From positions 44,144 through 108,143 of the IMG/VR virus record IMGVR_UViG_3300025168_000038: a DNA stretch of 64,000 nt; one strand, given 5' to 3'. Shown one piece after another: positions 8,723 through 19,700 of the stretch. Made by a program: the position numbers and the translations under genes. Source of the stretch: a virus. The number at the start of each line of letters is the position of its first letter. Position 1 is the stretch's first letter. The notes under the pieces were generated by a model. The model saw only the letters and a list, made by a program, of their open reading frames with translations. It searched no databases and was not told the origin of the DNA.

Positions 8723-8826
8723 TCTTTAATAAAAACTACAATATCACAACCATGACAAAAGTAATATTTGTCATCACCTGCACCAGAATAATAAGTCATT
8801 GCTGAATTGCATTTTTTACATCTCAT
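8719..8826 (-). CDS. Zinc-ribbon micro-protein (35 aa)
   Basis: MRCKKCNSAMTYYSGAGDDKYYFCHGCDIVVFIKD*; CxxC...CxxC; its stop overlaps the convergent nrdA stop. Confidence 0.65.
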   Translation of the reverse strand: MRCKKCNSAMTYYSGAGDDKYYFCHGCDIVVFIKD

Positions 8827-8828
8827 GT

Positions 8829-8915
8829 TTATTTTTGTTTTAAGTCATCTATTAATAGTTGACAAACTGTAAAAATAATAAATATATAAAATACTAAAAG
8901 TGTATACTTTTCCAC
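8829..8915 (-). CDS. Single-TM micro-protein (28 aa)
   Basis: GTG start abutting upstream stop: MEKYTLLVFYIFIIFTVCQLLIDDLKQK*; fills the gap exactly. Confidence 0.45.
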   Translation of the reverse strand: MEKYTLLVFYIFIIFTVCQLLIDDLKQK

Positions 8916-9335
8916 TTAGTAACTTGCTTCACGCCTAACTACTTCTATAGCTCTGACCATTTTGTTATAGTCTACAGGGCATAATAGATCAAGCTTAGCT
9001 CTTGCTGTAAATTTAATGTATGCATCACCCTTTAAATATAATAGTAGGGTTGGTGCCATTCTAATTCTAAGTTCTTTTTTTAATTTTGGTGATGTTGCAA
9101 TATCACATCTATAATATGTGACTCCTTCAAGTTTGTTAATTTTTTCCCAGTCTTGAAACGCATTATCTTTATTAAACTCTGCCCAGAATTCTACTACAAT
9201 TACATCATCTTCTTCATTTTCATCAAAAGCTGATCCTGCTGTAACTTTTTCTTCAAAGTTTTTATCTGTTATCCATTCCTGAGACAGTACAGTTGTTGTT
9301 GTTAAAAGCAATAATACTGTAAGGAGATACTTCAT
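8916..9335 (-). CDS. Exported thioredoxin-fold protein lacking CxxC
   Basis: Signal peptide MKYLLTVLLLLTTTTVLS; VIVVEFWAEFN in place of WCxxC; IRMAPTLLLY cis-Pro region. Confidence 0.7.
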   Translation of the reverse strand: MKYLLTVLLLLTTTTVLSQEWITDKNFEEKVTAGSAFDENEEDDVIVVEFWAEFNKDNAFQDWEKINKLEGVTYYRCDIATSPKLKKELRIRMAPTLLLYLKGDAYIKFTARAKLDLLCPVDYNKMVRAIEVVRREASY

Positions 9336-9336
9336 T

Positions 9337-9627
9337 TTAATTCTTTTTAGTTAACTCGTAGATTCTCTCTTCCATTTTGTCAAACTTTTCTAATAAAGCT
9401 TCTACATCTTCTTGAGTATCCATAATGGTTTGTCTAATAAGCTCATCTTTTAAATCATACTCTACTCTTTCTATTGGAGGTTTTGGATTCTCCATTGCCG
9501 TAGCTATGTCTGCTTTTAATGTAAACCACATTGTAGAAAGTGAGATTGTAAAGCCCACAACCATACCAATTGTTTTTAAATCTAAAGTTATTTTTGTTTT
9601 TTCTCCTATTTCTGGTACTCCTGCCAT
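9337..9627 (-). CDS. Single-pass membrane protein with C-terminal coiled coil
   Basis: Hydrophobic TIGMVVGFTISLSTMWF followed by heptad-like acidic/basic tail. Confidence 0.7.
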   Translation of the reverse strand: MAGVPEIGEKTKITLDLKTIGMVVGFTISLSTMWFTLKADIATAMENPKPPIERVEYDLKDELIRQTIMDTQEDVEALLEKFDKMEERIYELTKKN

Positions 9628-9639
9628 TGTTTTATTTTT

Positions 9640-10842
9640 TTACTTGAATGTATAATTTAATCCTAATGTTGTTTGAAACAGCTCACTGTCCCACATCTTA
9701 GAGTATTCTCCTTCCATAAATAACCCTATATTTTTATTTATCTTCCAGCCTAAGTTAGCACCAAAAGAATAGTCTGCCCATTGTTCTGGGTCATTATCCT
9801 CTATCAATCCTCCCTTACCCCAATTATTTCTGTTTAAATAAGAAACAACCTCATCACCTTTTAAGTAGTTATGGTAAGGTAATATATAGTTAGCATATGC
9901 ATGCAACCAAAAGTTTCTTTTATAATGATAAAAGTCCATCCCTACTATTGGTGCTATCTCACCAAATGCAGGCACCTCTTCTAACATTTCTCTATTATAA
10001 CGGTTCATTAAATCTGTAAATACAGTTTCTCTAAAATCAATATCAGAATAAGCTACAATAGTTCCATCTTGATCTCTCCATATCCAGTCTTGCATTTGTT
10101 GACCTGTTTCAGCATCTGTGTATGTAGTAAGATGATCAGTATAACCATATTCAAACCCTAATGTATACCAATAGTTAACTGGATATTCTTGACCGTTAAT
10201 TATTTGTGTTTCATTTAACCAGATTTCAATAGGGTTATAACCATATGCACGGCTATGAGTTCTATAAATTGCACCTGCAGAGATACTAAACTTTTCTCCT
10301 AAAGGCAACCTTAATCTTGCTTCTGCTGATTCATAGGCTAGATTTATCTTTCCTACCTCTCTTGACTCAACTTTAAAGATGTGATGGTCTCCTGTATGCT
10401 TTATGAAGAATCTGTGATTTCTAAACATCTCACCTCTCCAACGTTCTTTCTCCCAATGTAATTGATATTCTAAGCCTTTTAATGCAGAACTTGGAGCACT
10501 AAACGCTAACTGTTCTTCTGTACCATCATAAAAGTTTCTTGGTTTTCTCTCGTAACTAAACCTTGCTAGCTTTCTAATACCAAAACCAATTCTATAATCA
10601 TATGGATAGTCAGGTGTATTGTCTACTACAACAGGTATATCATACAGACCATTGCCATCTCCTGTTCTTACAAAATAGGTTGACACATCTTCTTCTATAG
10701 AGTTGTTTATATCAACAGCTCCGTATACAGTACCATATTTAATAAAATCTTTATATAGGGATTTAAAAAATGGTGAACCATCTTGAGCAGAAGCACCATT
10801 CATAACCAATATACACACTAATAAACTTACATATCTTTTCAT
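9640..10842 (-). CDS. Putative outer-membrane beta-barrel protein
   Basis: Sec signal peptide (MKRYVSLLVCILVMNGASA), aromatic-rich amphipathic strands, C-terminal LGLNYTFK resembling the BAM beta-signal. Confidence 0.65.
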   Translation of the reverse strand: MKRYVSLLVCILVMNGASAQDGSPFFKSLYKDFIKYGTVYGAVDINNSIEEDVSTYFVRTGDGNGLYDIPVVVDNTPDYPYDYRIGFGIRKLARFSYERKPRNFYDGTEEQLAFSAPSSALKGLEYQLHWEKERWRGEMFRNHRFFIKHTGDHHIFKVESREVGKINLAYESAEARLRLPLGEKFSISAGAIYRTHSRAYGYNPIEIWLNETQIINGQEYPVNYWYTLGFEYGYTDHLTTYTDAETGQQMQDWIWRDQDGTIVAYSDIDFRETVFTDLMNRYNREMLEEVPAFGEIAPIVGMDFYHYKRNFWLHAYANYILPYHNYLKGDEVVSYLNRNNWGKGGLIEDNDPEQWADYSFGANLGWKINKNIGLFMEGEYSKMWDSELFQTTLGLNYTFK

Positions 10843-10878
10843 ATTGTAGTTTTGTTATGTTAATACTATTGGTTTATA

Positions 10879-10894
10879 TAATAATATAAGAACT
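10879..10894 (-). promoter_or_regulatory. Variant of phage promoter motif
   Basis: TAATAATATAAGAACT in the intergenic gap upstream of the beta-barrel cassette. Confidence 0.45.
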
Positions 10895-10935
10895 TTTTAT
10901 GAATCTAAGAAGAACTTAACCTGAAAATTTGGCAT

Positions 10936-13900
10936 TTAATTACCAATATACCAACTGTCAAGTTTCTCAAAAGATTCCCACTTTTGTATGCTTGATAGAA
11001 TTGGTGCTGCGTCAGCCAAGTTTTTCCAGAACTTTAAGTCTCCTTTTCTTGGTTTATTTTGATACACAAGATCACTATCCTCTCTAAACTCTGGGCTATC
11101 AAAACCATAATATGATCCATATGCTAAAGTACCTAGACCTACAGAAAAGGCTTCTGCTAACTCACCAAGAGTTCTTGTAGAAGCAATTGGACTACCAATC
11201 ATAGCAAAGAGTTCTTGTACACCATCAGGTGATATTGGAACAAACATTACCATTTCTTTATATGTTCTTTGTGTTTGATATTTTGCAAAGTTCTTTATTT
11301 TCTTAACCCATAGCGGCTCATCACCTTCATCATCATCCCATGCATTTTCTAATAGTGACATCATCATCATGCTTAATATAATCATAGATGCTTCACCAAC
11401 AGTTCTATTTATATTACCAACTTTGTTTTGTACTAAAGCTTCCATATCTGAAGCACTTATTTCCCCACCACTATCTGTTTGATTGTTTTCTCTGACAGAG
11501 TTTTTATATTCTGATACTACCTCACTCATTTTTACTTTTCCTGTTGCCACTTGTTTAAGTGAATATCTAAGAAACTGTAAAGATGATCTATATCTTCCTT
11601 CCATCCAACCTAAATTCTGATCATAGTACTGTTGTTGAAATCTAGCTCTCATTGCTGGTGGAAACCACTTATGAAACTGAAATAGTACTACACCCAACCA
11701 ATGATTCTGTGCAACCGTTCTATCTATTCTAGCATAGTTACCATGTGTCTGTTTGTTTACTTCTCTTATTTCATTTCTTATATCAGCAAAGGCTTTAGTA
11801 GATTGAGTCAGAGGCCCTCCTATTTCAACTTCTATTCCTGTTACTTTATTAGGAACATACTTAATCCACTTTTTATCATATGTAATCTCTTTCTTAACAG
11901 GATCCCATTGTGCAGCATCATACATACTAGCACTTGTGCCATCCTTTGCTATAAGCTGAGTATCAAATAATACAGCAGATCCAATTTTAGTTTGTACAGC
12001 ATATTCAAATCCATCCTGTAATGTATAACCTATAGCTTTAAATCTTTCCCAAATAGTTTTTTGTCCAGATGATTCTCTACCAGATTCTCTTATATCTTGA
12101 CTGTCATCCATCATTCTCCAGAACTCATTTACACCTTCATATTTATTTGTAGGTTTATTTGGATCATATGAACGTCCTGCAAAGTTTGTTGCACCTATAG
12201 TAGATACATCCACAACCTCTGGAATACCATACATTGCTGTTCTTTTAATAATTCCAGCCATTCCTTCTGTATTAAACTCTTTTTCTGCCCGCAAGTATGC
12301 TTTTCTTGAAAAGAATCTACCACCTATACCTTCTATTGTATTATTGACTTGACCTAATACAAAGTTATTTATGTTACCAAAAGGGTTAAAGGCTACATAA
12401 GCTAAGGATGAAACTGAAACTAACACCTCAACAAATCTGTCAACAAAACCTTTACTATCTTTAGCATTATTATATAATACCATCTTTTGCCACATTCGTG
12501 CTCTACGTACTACATTCTTTTGAAGTCCTTCATTACCAGCTTCACCTTTAATATTCCATTTTTCTGGTGTAACTTTATCTAACATTCCTGTAACTAAATT
12601 TCCTCCTGATTCAATGTATGATCTTTTTTCTAATACTTTTATTAATGCATTAATTGTATCTTCTACAGCACCCATAGTCTCAAAATGTTCAGCCATTCTA
12701 TTAAACTGTAATAAACTATCTGTTAAATCAGTGCTTACCTCACCTATAGTAGGCTGGCTTCTTTGTTTTTGTACTAAGCCTTCTAATATATTTCTTTGTT
12801 TATTATATTCTTTTAGTTTTATCTTTTTGTTTTTATAATCCTCTTTGAGCTGTGTAATTTTATTTTCTAACTGAGTAAGTCTTTCTTCTACTCTAGGGTT
12901 ACCAGTAAAAAATATAGGCATGCTATCCACTCTTTCTCCTAATTCATTAACAACAACAGTTTTCTGTTCTGTAGTAGATGTAAATAAATTTTTCATACTT
13001 CTACTTGACTTAGCCCACATTCTGGTAAAGAATCCTCCATAAGCGTTTTTCTTTAAGTCATCTGCAATATTACTTTTTACCAACGGTATACTACCTAACA
13101 TCTTTTGTCTTGTCTGTGGGGGTAATTTACTAAGCATCTCTCCTTCATACAACTCTATAAACATATCATAGTATTCTCTACGTGCTACAGCTAATGCATC
13201 ATTAACCTTAGGATCCATTATATCTATGTACTTTTGACTTCGCATATCTTCTGGCTTACCTGTTTTTGGATCTATAGGTCTAGCTATTAGTCTAGGTTCA
13301 ATGTAATCTTGCTTTACAGATGGATAAGTTTCATCACGTTTAATTTGACCTGTAGGCTCACCTGCCTTTTTAAAAGCTTTTACATAATCTGTAGTTCTAT
13401 AATACTTAGCTCTATATTTAGTGTAGTCATTTTTTGATACACCACTACGCTTTTCCCAACTAAAAGACCTAGAGTTCCACTCTTCATAAACATTACGCAC
13501 ATCTTTAAACTCTTGTGTATATCTATGATAGTCACCATCTATTGGTTGTTTCTGATCATTGATTATTTCAGCTCTCATAAACTGATTCACATTAGTCTTT
13601 AATCTAGATAGTTTTTTATTCCATTCTATATCTTTTCTACCTTGAGCTGTCTTTTTTGCTTCTTCAAGATTTGTAACATCTGCATATTGAAAAGGTACAC
13701 CCGCTTCATCTTGTGTTGCAGCAAACAAATCTCTACGTCTTTCACGGAATTTTAAACTTAATGGTTGTACATATGCATCAGGTTTTAGCTGACCGTTCTC
13801 ATCAAAATTTAACATGAAATCATAGAGCCTATTTTTAGATACACCAGGTTGAAGTAATCTAAGCTTTTCAGCTGCAGCTATAACTTTGCTATCACGCATA

Positions 13901-16725
13901 GAAATATTAGTTAATAACTTTTGCATTTGAGCTTTATAGATTTTATCCATTGTTGCTAATATAGCATCTTTACTTGTTGATAAATCTTTTGAATATAAGG
14001 CTGAATTAGATATATCAGGAACTGTTGTTAAAAGGGCTTGAAAGTCTGCCAAAGTAAATGTCATACCTGAATGATCTTGAATAATAACTTTATCAGTTGG
14101 ATCAAAACCATCTCTCATGTTTACTCTAACAACTTCTTCAGCAAAATCAAACAGTGCTCTATTTACTAATCCTTGTCTATCAATCTTTCTATTAACTACT
14201 GAGGCAGGACCATTTAGTTCAATTAATACTGCATTAATATTATTTATTAAATATCTTTGTGTAGCATTTAATTGTTCTATTAAACCTTTGTTTTGTTTAA
14301 AGCTATACAAACCCTCAAAGGTTGTCATAAATCTATTAAAACCTAATACTTTATTAATAAAACCATCTTCTTTGACATTATCTGGATTACTAATATAATC
14401 TTTGTATTCTTTCATTTGTCTTAATGAATCCTGCAACAATGTTGTATATGTAGTAGATATATCTTTATTATTTTCTGGATCAATCAATGCTAGATCTATA
14501 ATAGCTAAAGTATTATCTATTTGTTCTTTAGCTTCTGCACTACTTCTTTCCATGTAGATATTACTTTTTACTTTGTCTAACATTTCTTGTTTAGTAACAA
14601 TAGCTAATCTATAATCTTTGATTGCACCAAATACAGAACTTAAAGCTACATTTTCATATGGATCTACAACTTCTATGTCTTCCATTAATGCATCTTCTAT
14701 TTCTTCTTTTCTTGAATCATATGCAATTCCATCAGTACCACCTTCGTCTAATTTTTGATCTAGCATTTCTCCTTCAACATTATAAACTGTCTCAGGAATT
14801 AAATAGTCTACATTAATACCATTATCCATTTCATTATGCGGAACTGTACTTGTATATTCTAGTTTAGGGAGTGTAGATATATCATCATTTATTTGAATAT
14901 TTATAGTTGATCTAGCAAATTTATCCATATCCACCTTATATCCCATGTTGGTAGCCATTCTAGCTATAAGATTTATCTGAATAGCATCTTGTACTCTAAG
15001 AGGTAGCTCAGAAACATTATTATTTTTTAATCTGTTACCAGATGCTAATGGAACTAAGACATCTTCATATCCAGATGCTTGATCAGAATTAATTATATTA
15101 ATTTTTATAATTTTTAAATTACCAAACTTATCAACTAATACTATATCTGCTTTTGCAGCAACATTAGTTTTAGGGTCAGAAAAAATAACATTAGTTAATA
15201 TAACATCACTATCATTTTTGATTGTTACAATATCAGCTTTAATGTTTTCAAATGCTGCTTGTGCTAATTCTTTGTCCAATGATAAACCTTCAGATATTTC
15301 TTCAAAAGTTTTATATGATGCCACTGCATCAACTATAGTACTAATATCATTTTTAATTGCTGTAGAAAACTTATCAGTTTTACCTATAACCTCACCAGCT
15401 GATTGATATGCTTCTCTTGTATTTATATCATAAAAAGTATTATTGTCTTTGTTAAGAACCACTAGGTTGTTAATAAAGTTATTAGGTGTGTTAGCAGATA
15501 ATGAATCTGATAAAGCAGCTGTTTCTTTTATATTATGAAACATTTCATTAATAACTGTTTTTTGTTGGTCTGTCCTAGAAGACTTCAAAGCTTGATTTAC
15601 TAAACTTTGTTTTTCTGGTGTAAGATTATATCTTACTCTACCATTGATAGATTGACCTGTTTCAAAAGATATACCTGAAGTATTTAATAACTTAGCTACG
15701 TCAGACAAAGTTAGATCAGATCTTATTGCTTGTACTGGTAATTTTCTACCAGTTATATATTGATTAAGGTTTTCAATTATATTTTTAAACCACTTAAGCA
15801 ATTCTTCTATACTATTTAAAAAAGACTGTGTAGGACTTTCTTCATACTCTTTATTAAAATGTCTTGACAAAGCTTGAGTAACTACTTCCATTTCCCTTTC
15901 CTCTGCAGTTATATTTCTTTTCTTATTATATGCATCTTCTATTTGTTGAGTCATCTCAGGAAACATACGTCTAGATTCATCTAATAAAGTTTCATACAAT
16001 GGAATGTTATCTACCTTTACTGCCTCTATAAAAGGATGTAGCATTTCTTCAATTAGTATTTCATCAGTGACTCTACCTTTAATTAAAATAGCATTATTAG
16101 CAACATAAAAAGAATTAACCTGTGAAAAAGGTACTTTAGCTTTTCTCCACTGTGGTAATAAATCATACTTCTTTTTTGCTTCTGTAGGTGTAAGTAATTG
16201 TACACTTACATCAGGAAACATCCTCATTAAATGTTTTACTACTTGCCTTGCTCTAGGGGTGTCCCAAGATCTTGATTGAGGAAGCATGTCTTTTGCTGTA
16301 AATAAATTACTATTAACTGACACTGCATATGTTTTAGGAGTCTTATCTATATTTAATGAGTCTGCTGGTAAATTATTAGCCTCTAAATATCTTTTTGCTC
16401 TTCTAACATTTGAATCTATTAATGAATCACTTATCTGTAATGTATCTTGATCAGTATTATTTATATAGTAAGAACCTTGATGACTATGAATAATCTTTTC
16501 TCTACTTAGATTATTTAATAAGGCTTGTCCAAATTCTTTTTGCTTTAAATTGTTTAAAGCTCTTTTATCTTTAACATATGAAGCAGCCTCTACTACAGTA
16601 GGAATTGCATCACTATCAGTTGATTCTTGCCAACTATTAATAACATTAGTAGTTATAAGATCTGTTTTATAAACTTCTAATAATGCTATATACTCTGCCG
16701 TGTTTTTATTTGGACATTTTGCCAT
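10936..16725 (-). CDS. Large crAss-like virion cargo protein / RNAP-associated protein (1929 aa)
   Basis: MxxCPN start; degenerate zincin (LIEEMLHP), PD-(D/E)xK-like segment (KADIVLVDKFGNLKII), C-terminal HGNY...QFHKW region; immediately follows the RNAP gene as in Crassvirales. Confidence 0.7.
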   Translation of the reverse strand: MAKCPNKNTAEYIALLEVYKTDLITTNVINSWQESTDSDAIPTVVEAASYVKDKRALNNLKQKEFGQALLNNLSREKIIHSHQGSYYINNTDQDTLQISDSLIDSNVRRAKRYLEANNLPADSLNIDKTPKTYAVSVNSNLFTAKDMLPQSRSWDTPRARQVVKHLMRMFPDVSVQLLTPTEAKKKYDLLPQWRKAKVPFSQVNSFYVANNAILIKGRVTDEILIEEMLHPFIEAVKVDNIPLYETLLDESRRMFPEMTQQIEDAYNKKRNITAEEREMEVVTQALSRHFNKEYEESPTQSFLNSIEELLKWFKNIIENLNQYITGRKLPVQAIRSDLTLSDVAKLLNTSGISFETGQSINGRVRYNLTPEKQSLVNQALKSSRTDQQKTVINEMFHNIKETAALSDSLSANTPNNFINNLVVLNKDNNTFYDINTREAYQSAGEVIGKTDKFSTAIKNDISTIVDAVASYKTFEEISEGLSLDKELAQAAFENIKADIVTIKNDSDVILTNVIFSDPKTNVAAKADIVLVDKFGNLKIIKINIINSDQASGYEDVLVPLASGNRLKNNNVSELPLRVQDAIQINLIARMATNMGYKVDMDKFARSTINIQINDDISTLPKLEYTSTVPHNEMDNGINVDYLIPETVYNVEGEMLDQKLDEGGTDGIAYDSRKEEIEDALMEDIEVVDPYENVALSSVFGAIKDYRLAIVTKQEMLDKVKSNIYMERSSAEAKEQIDNTLAIIDLALIDPENNKDISTTYTTLLQDSLRQMKEYKDYISNPDNVKEDGFINKVLGFNRFMTTFEGLYSFKQNKGLIEQLNATQRYLINNINAVLIELNGPASVVNRKIDRQGLVNRALFDFAEEVVRVNMRDGFDPTDKVIIQDHSGMTFTLADFQALLTTVPDISNSALYSKDLSTSKDAILATMDKIYKAQMQKLLTNISMRDSKVIAAAEKLRLLQPGVSKNRLYDFMLNFDENGQLKPDAYVQPLSLKFRERRRDLFAATQDEAGVPFQYADVTNLEEAKKTAQGRKDIEWNKKLSRLKTNVNQFMRAEIINDQKQPIDGDYHRYTQEFKDVRNVYEEWNSRSFSWEKRSGVSKNDYTKYRAKYYRTTDYVKAFKKAGEPTGQIKRDETYPSVKQDYIEPRLIARPIDPKTGKPEDMRSQKYIDIMDPKVNDALAVARREYYDMFIELYEGEMLSKLPPQTRQKMLGSIPLVKSNIADDLKKNAYGGFFTRMWAKSSRSMKNLFTSTTEQKTVVVNELGERVDSMPIFFTGNPRVEERLTQLENKITQLKEDYKNKKIKLKEYNKQRNILEGLVQKQRSQPTIGEVSTDLTDSLLQFNRMAEHFETMGAVEDTINALIKVLEKRSYIESGGNLVTGMLDKVTPEKWNIKGEAGNEGLQKNVVRRARMWQKMVLYNNAKDSKGFVDRFVEVLVSVSSLAYVAFNPFGNINNFVLGQVNNTIEGIGGRFFSRKAYLRAEKEFNTEGMAGIIKRTAMYGIPEVVDVSTIGATNFAGRSYDPNKPTNKYEGVNEFWRMMDDSQDIRESGRESSGQKTIWERFKAIGYTLQDGFEYAVQTKIGSAVLFDTQLIAKDGTSASMYDAAQWDPVKKEITYDKKWIKYVPNKVTGIEVEIGGPLTQSTKAFADIRNEIREVNKQTHGNYARIDRTVAQNHWLGVVLFQFHKWFPPAMRARFQQQYYDQNLGWMEGRYRSSLQFLRYSLKQVATGKVKMSEVVSEYKNSVRENNQTDSGGEISASDMEALVQNKVGNINRTVGEASMIILSMMMMSLLENAWDDDEGDEPLWVKKIKNFAKYQTQRTYKEMVMFVPISPDGVQELFAMIGSPIASTRTLGELAEAFSVGLGTLAYGSYYGFDSPEFREDSDLVYQNKPRKGDLKFWKNLADAAPILSSIQKWESFEKLDSWYIGN

Positions 16726-16727
16726 AA

Positions 16728-19700
16728 CTATAAATTACATTTTTTAATTTGATCAATTAATTCTTGTGGGCTACCCCACATAGAGTTAGGATTCCTATCA
16801 TACAAATCTAATAAATCTTCTAAACTATTAATATTATTTTCTCTTTTAAAGTTTTTAACCTCTGTACTAAATGAACCATCTTCTATATTGCTATCCCAAA
16901 ACTCTGTTATTTCAGGATGACTAATAAAAGGATCAAACATATCTAACTGACCTATCAACTCCTGTCTATTCTCACTAATAGGAAGCTCTTCTACTTCTAA
17001 TATACCTAGTTCTTCAGAAGTAATATTGTCTGTTGCCTCTGCAATTGATGCCGCAATAGCATCTAATTCTGCAGTGTCTACTATATTTACACTATCTATA
17101 ATTACTGATTCGTCTGTTACATCCAGATTAATAGATTGATTACGGAATATTTGTGGTACAGTTTTACTTGTATCTTCTGTTTCTTTAACAACCTCTGGTG
17201 TGCTTTTTGATACTTCAGGTTTCTCCATCATTTGTTTTAGAGTAGGTCTATTACCAAACATAAATCCTGCACCAAACTGTAAAGGAGAACCTATCAAATC
17301 AACTGATGTTTTTTCTTGATCATTTCTTTGATATATAGTTGATTCTATACCGGTCTGACGGTCTATAGTATCCATCCTTTTTATTGCAATTGAATCAGTT
17401 TCAGAATTAAACTTTCTTGGTAATAACTTAGCATTAGATGCAGATAGCAAATAGTTTTCTACAAAAGATGTCGTACCTCCAGCATCTGTAAATTCTTTAG
17501 ATCTTAAATATTTTTCTGTAGAATTAATTTCAGATAAATAGTCTTCTAGAACATACGGGCTAATTGATTCTAATAAACCACCCGGTGCTAATTGTAAACC
17601 ATCTTTAACCATAATATAATTTATAACAGTTTTTGCAAATTGTCTTGTATCAGGGTTATTGTATAATTTATTAAATGAGGTTTGTAGATCATATTTTTGT
17701 AATCTATTTAGCTTTCTCCATGTGTTTGCTTGAGCTAGATACAAACCTGATCTATTACCCTTATCAGTTGGTTTGTATGTTGTAACAAAATCAAATAAAA
17801 AGAAATTGCCAGGATCACTTATTCTAAGTTGTTCTACTGCATGCCATACATTACCTTGTTCATTATCTTGTCCTGGATATAGTATACCGTTACTTAAAGG
17901 ATTATTTTTATCTATATTTTGATATGCACTTAATGTGACAAATGCTAATACATCTTTTTTAACTTTTGTTCTAACGGCCTCACTATTCTTATATAAGTTT
18001 GTATCTAATCTTCCAACTAATTCTGATGTAATTCTTTTTACACCTGGTGTCTGTGATAAAAACATCTTTGGTAAAATATTTACATTTATGTCTGATAGTT
18101 GTTCAGATAATCCAGATAGATATGAACTACTCAACATATTTCTTACCTTTATAAAATAAGGATTTTTTATAAAATCATTTATGCTTTCTACCCTTTGAGA
18201 AATACTATCAATGTTTTTTCCTAATCCATTGTTAAGACTTACTAGACTATTTAATTTAACCGTAAAATTAGATATAGTAATTACTTTTGCAAAAACCTGT
18301 AAGGCCCCTTGTAATTCAAGTACTTCTAAATTATCAGCTACTCCTCTTTCTAAAGCATCTTTATCAGGAACTATACCCTTTACTATTTTTCCTTTATCAT
18401 CTCTTTCTATTAGATCATTTATTCTATCTCCAATAGAAGGAGATATACCATCACTATTATCAATTTGTCTATATATATCTTGTATAATTTTTTGATTTAA
18501 AAGTAGTATAGAAGTTTCTAACGGAACACCAAGTTGAATCATATTTGATAACATACGTGTAGCATGAGCGTTCAAACCTAACTTACTTACCAAAAACTCT
18601 TTAGCATTGTCTGTCATAGCAACTATTAGAGAAGACATTAAATCTTGTTTTCTCATTCCGTTTTCATTTAAAGTTCCACCAAAAGACTTATACTCTTTAC
18701 CATCAAGCTCAAACTTTAAAGTACCTAAACCTATTTTATATTCTTTAAATAAAGACAAATATAAATTTGGTGAAACTACTGAACCAATTGAAGCACCCTT
18801 ATTGTTTGTAAAAGCAACAGTTTGTCCAGTAAGGGTATCTATATCTTTACCTGCTTGGTTAGTTCTTTCTGAAAAACCAGGTAATTTTCTAACACTCTCC
18901 CAAACATTCTTTAATAAATCTAAGTTAGACGGTCTATAAGCTATTGGATATGTACCTGATGTTAAATAATCATTACTTACTAATTGACGTTTATAATCTA
19001 CTAGTTTATTGCTTACAGGTGCTTCATAAGGAGCCTGCTTATTATCTTTTACAAATTGATTAAACTCACTTTGAGTAATAGGCATACCTAATACTTTTAA
19101 AGCACCAACAGCATTCTTACTAAAGCCAGCATTTTCAGCAGGTGTTTGATCTATATCAACTAATGAATCAGATATTATAACACCTTGTAGTTTATATAAT
19201 TTTATAGCTTCAGAATATTGGTTTCCTGTTTCATTAACCTTTTTGTTTACATAATTAATATAACTAGAATAATTATTTTCATATGCTTTAAACTCACCTT
19301 TCTCTACATAAAACTCCTTCATGTGTATGTATGCTTGATCTATATCAAAATCTGCACCAGACACTTCTATAAGTTCATTTGAAAACATTGCTGAACCTCC
19401 CATGAAGTTGGGTAAAAAATCTACAACCTTTACATTAAAGGCAGAATGATAGTCTTCACTAGGTATACGTACAGCATACATCTCACTAACTACATCAGGT
19501 ATAGTATTTTTATATCTTCTATATTTACTCTTATAAGCCAATAAGTCATTTACTTCTTTTGATTGAGGAGGCATAATTGCTTCAGAATATCTTTGACCTT
19601 GATATTCACCACCTTTATATTCTTTTAAGTTATATCTTAAACGGTCTACTATAATAACACCTTCAGCTGGTAAAGGATCACCAGTGTTTAATTCTTCAAG

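Noticed and set aside
16728-16730. Stop-codon reassignment or TAG readthrough as in some gut crAss phages
   Set aside because: Code 11 gives dense, uninterrupted giant ORFs; TAG ends nrdA at its canonical C-terminus; the gene after the RNAP TAG is out of frame.
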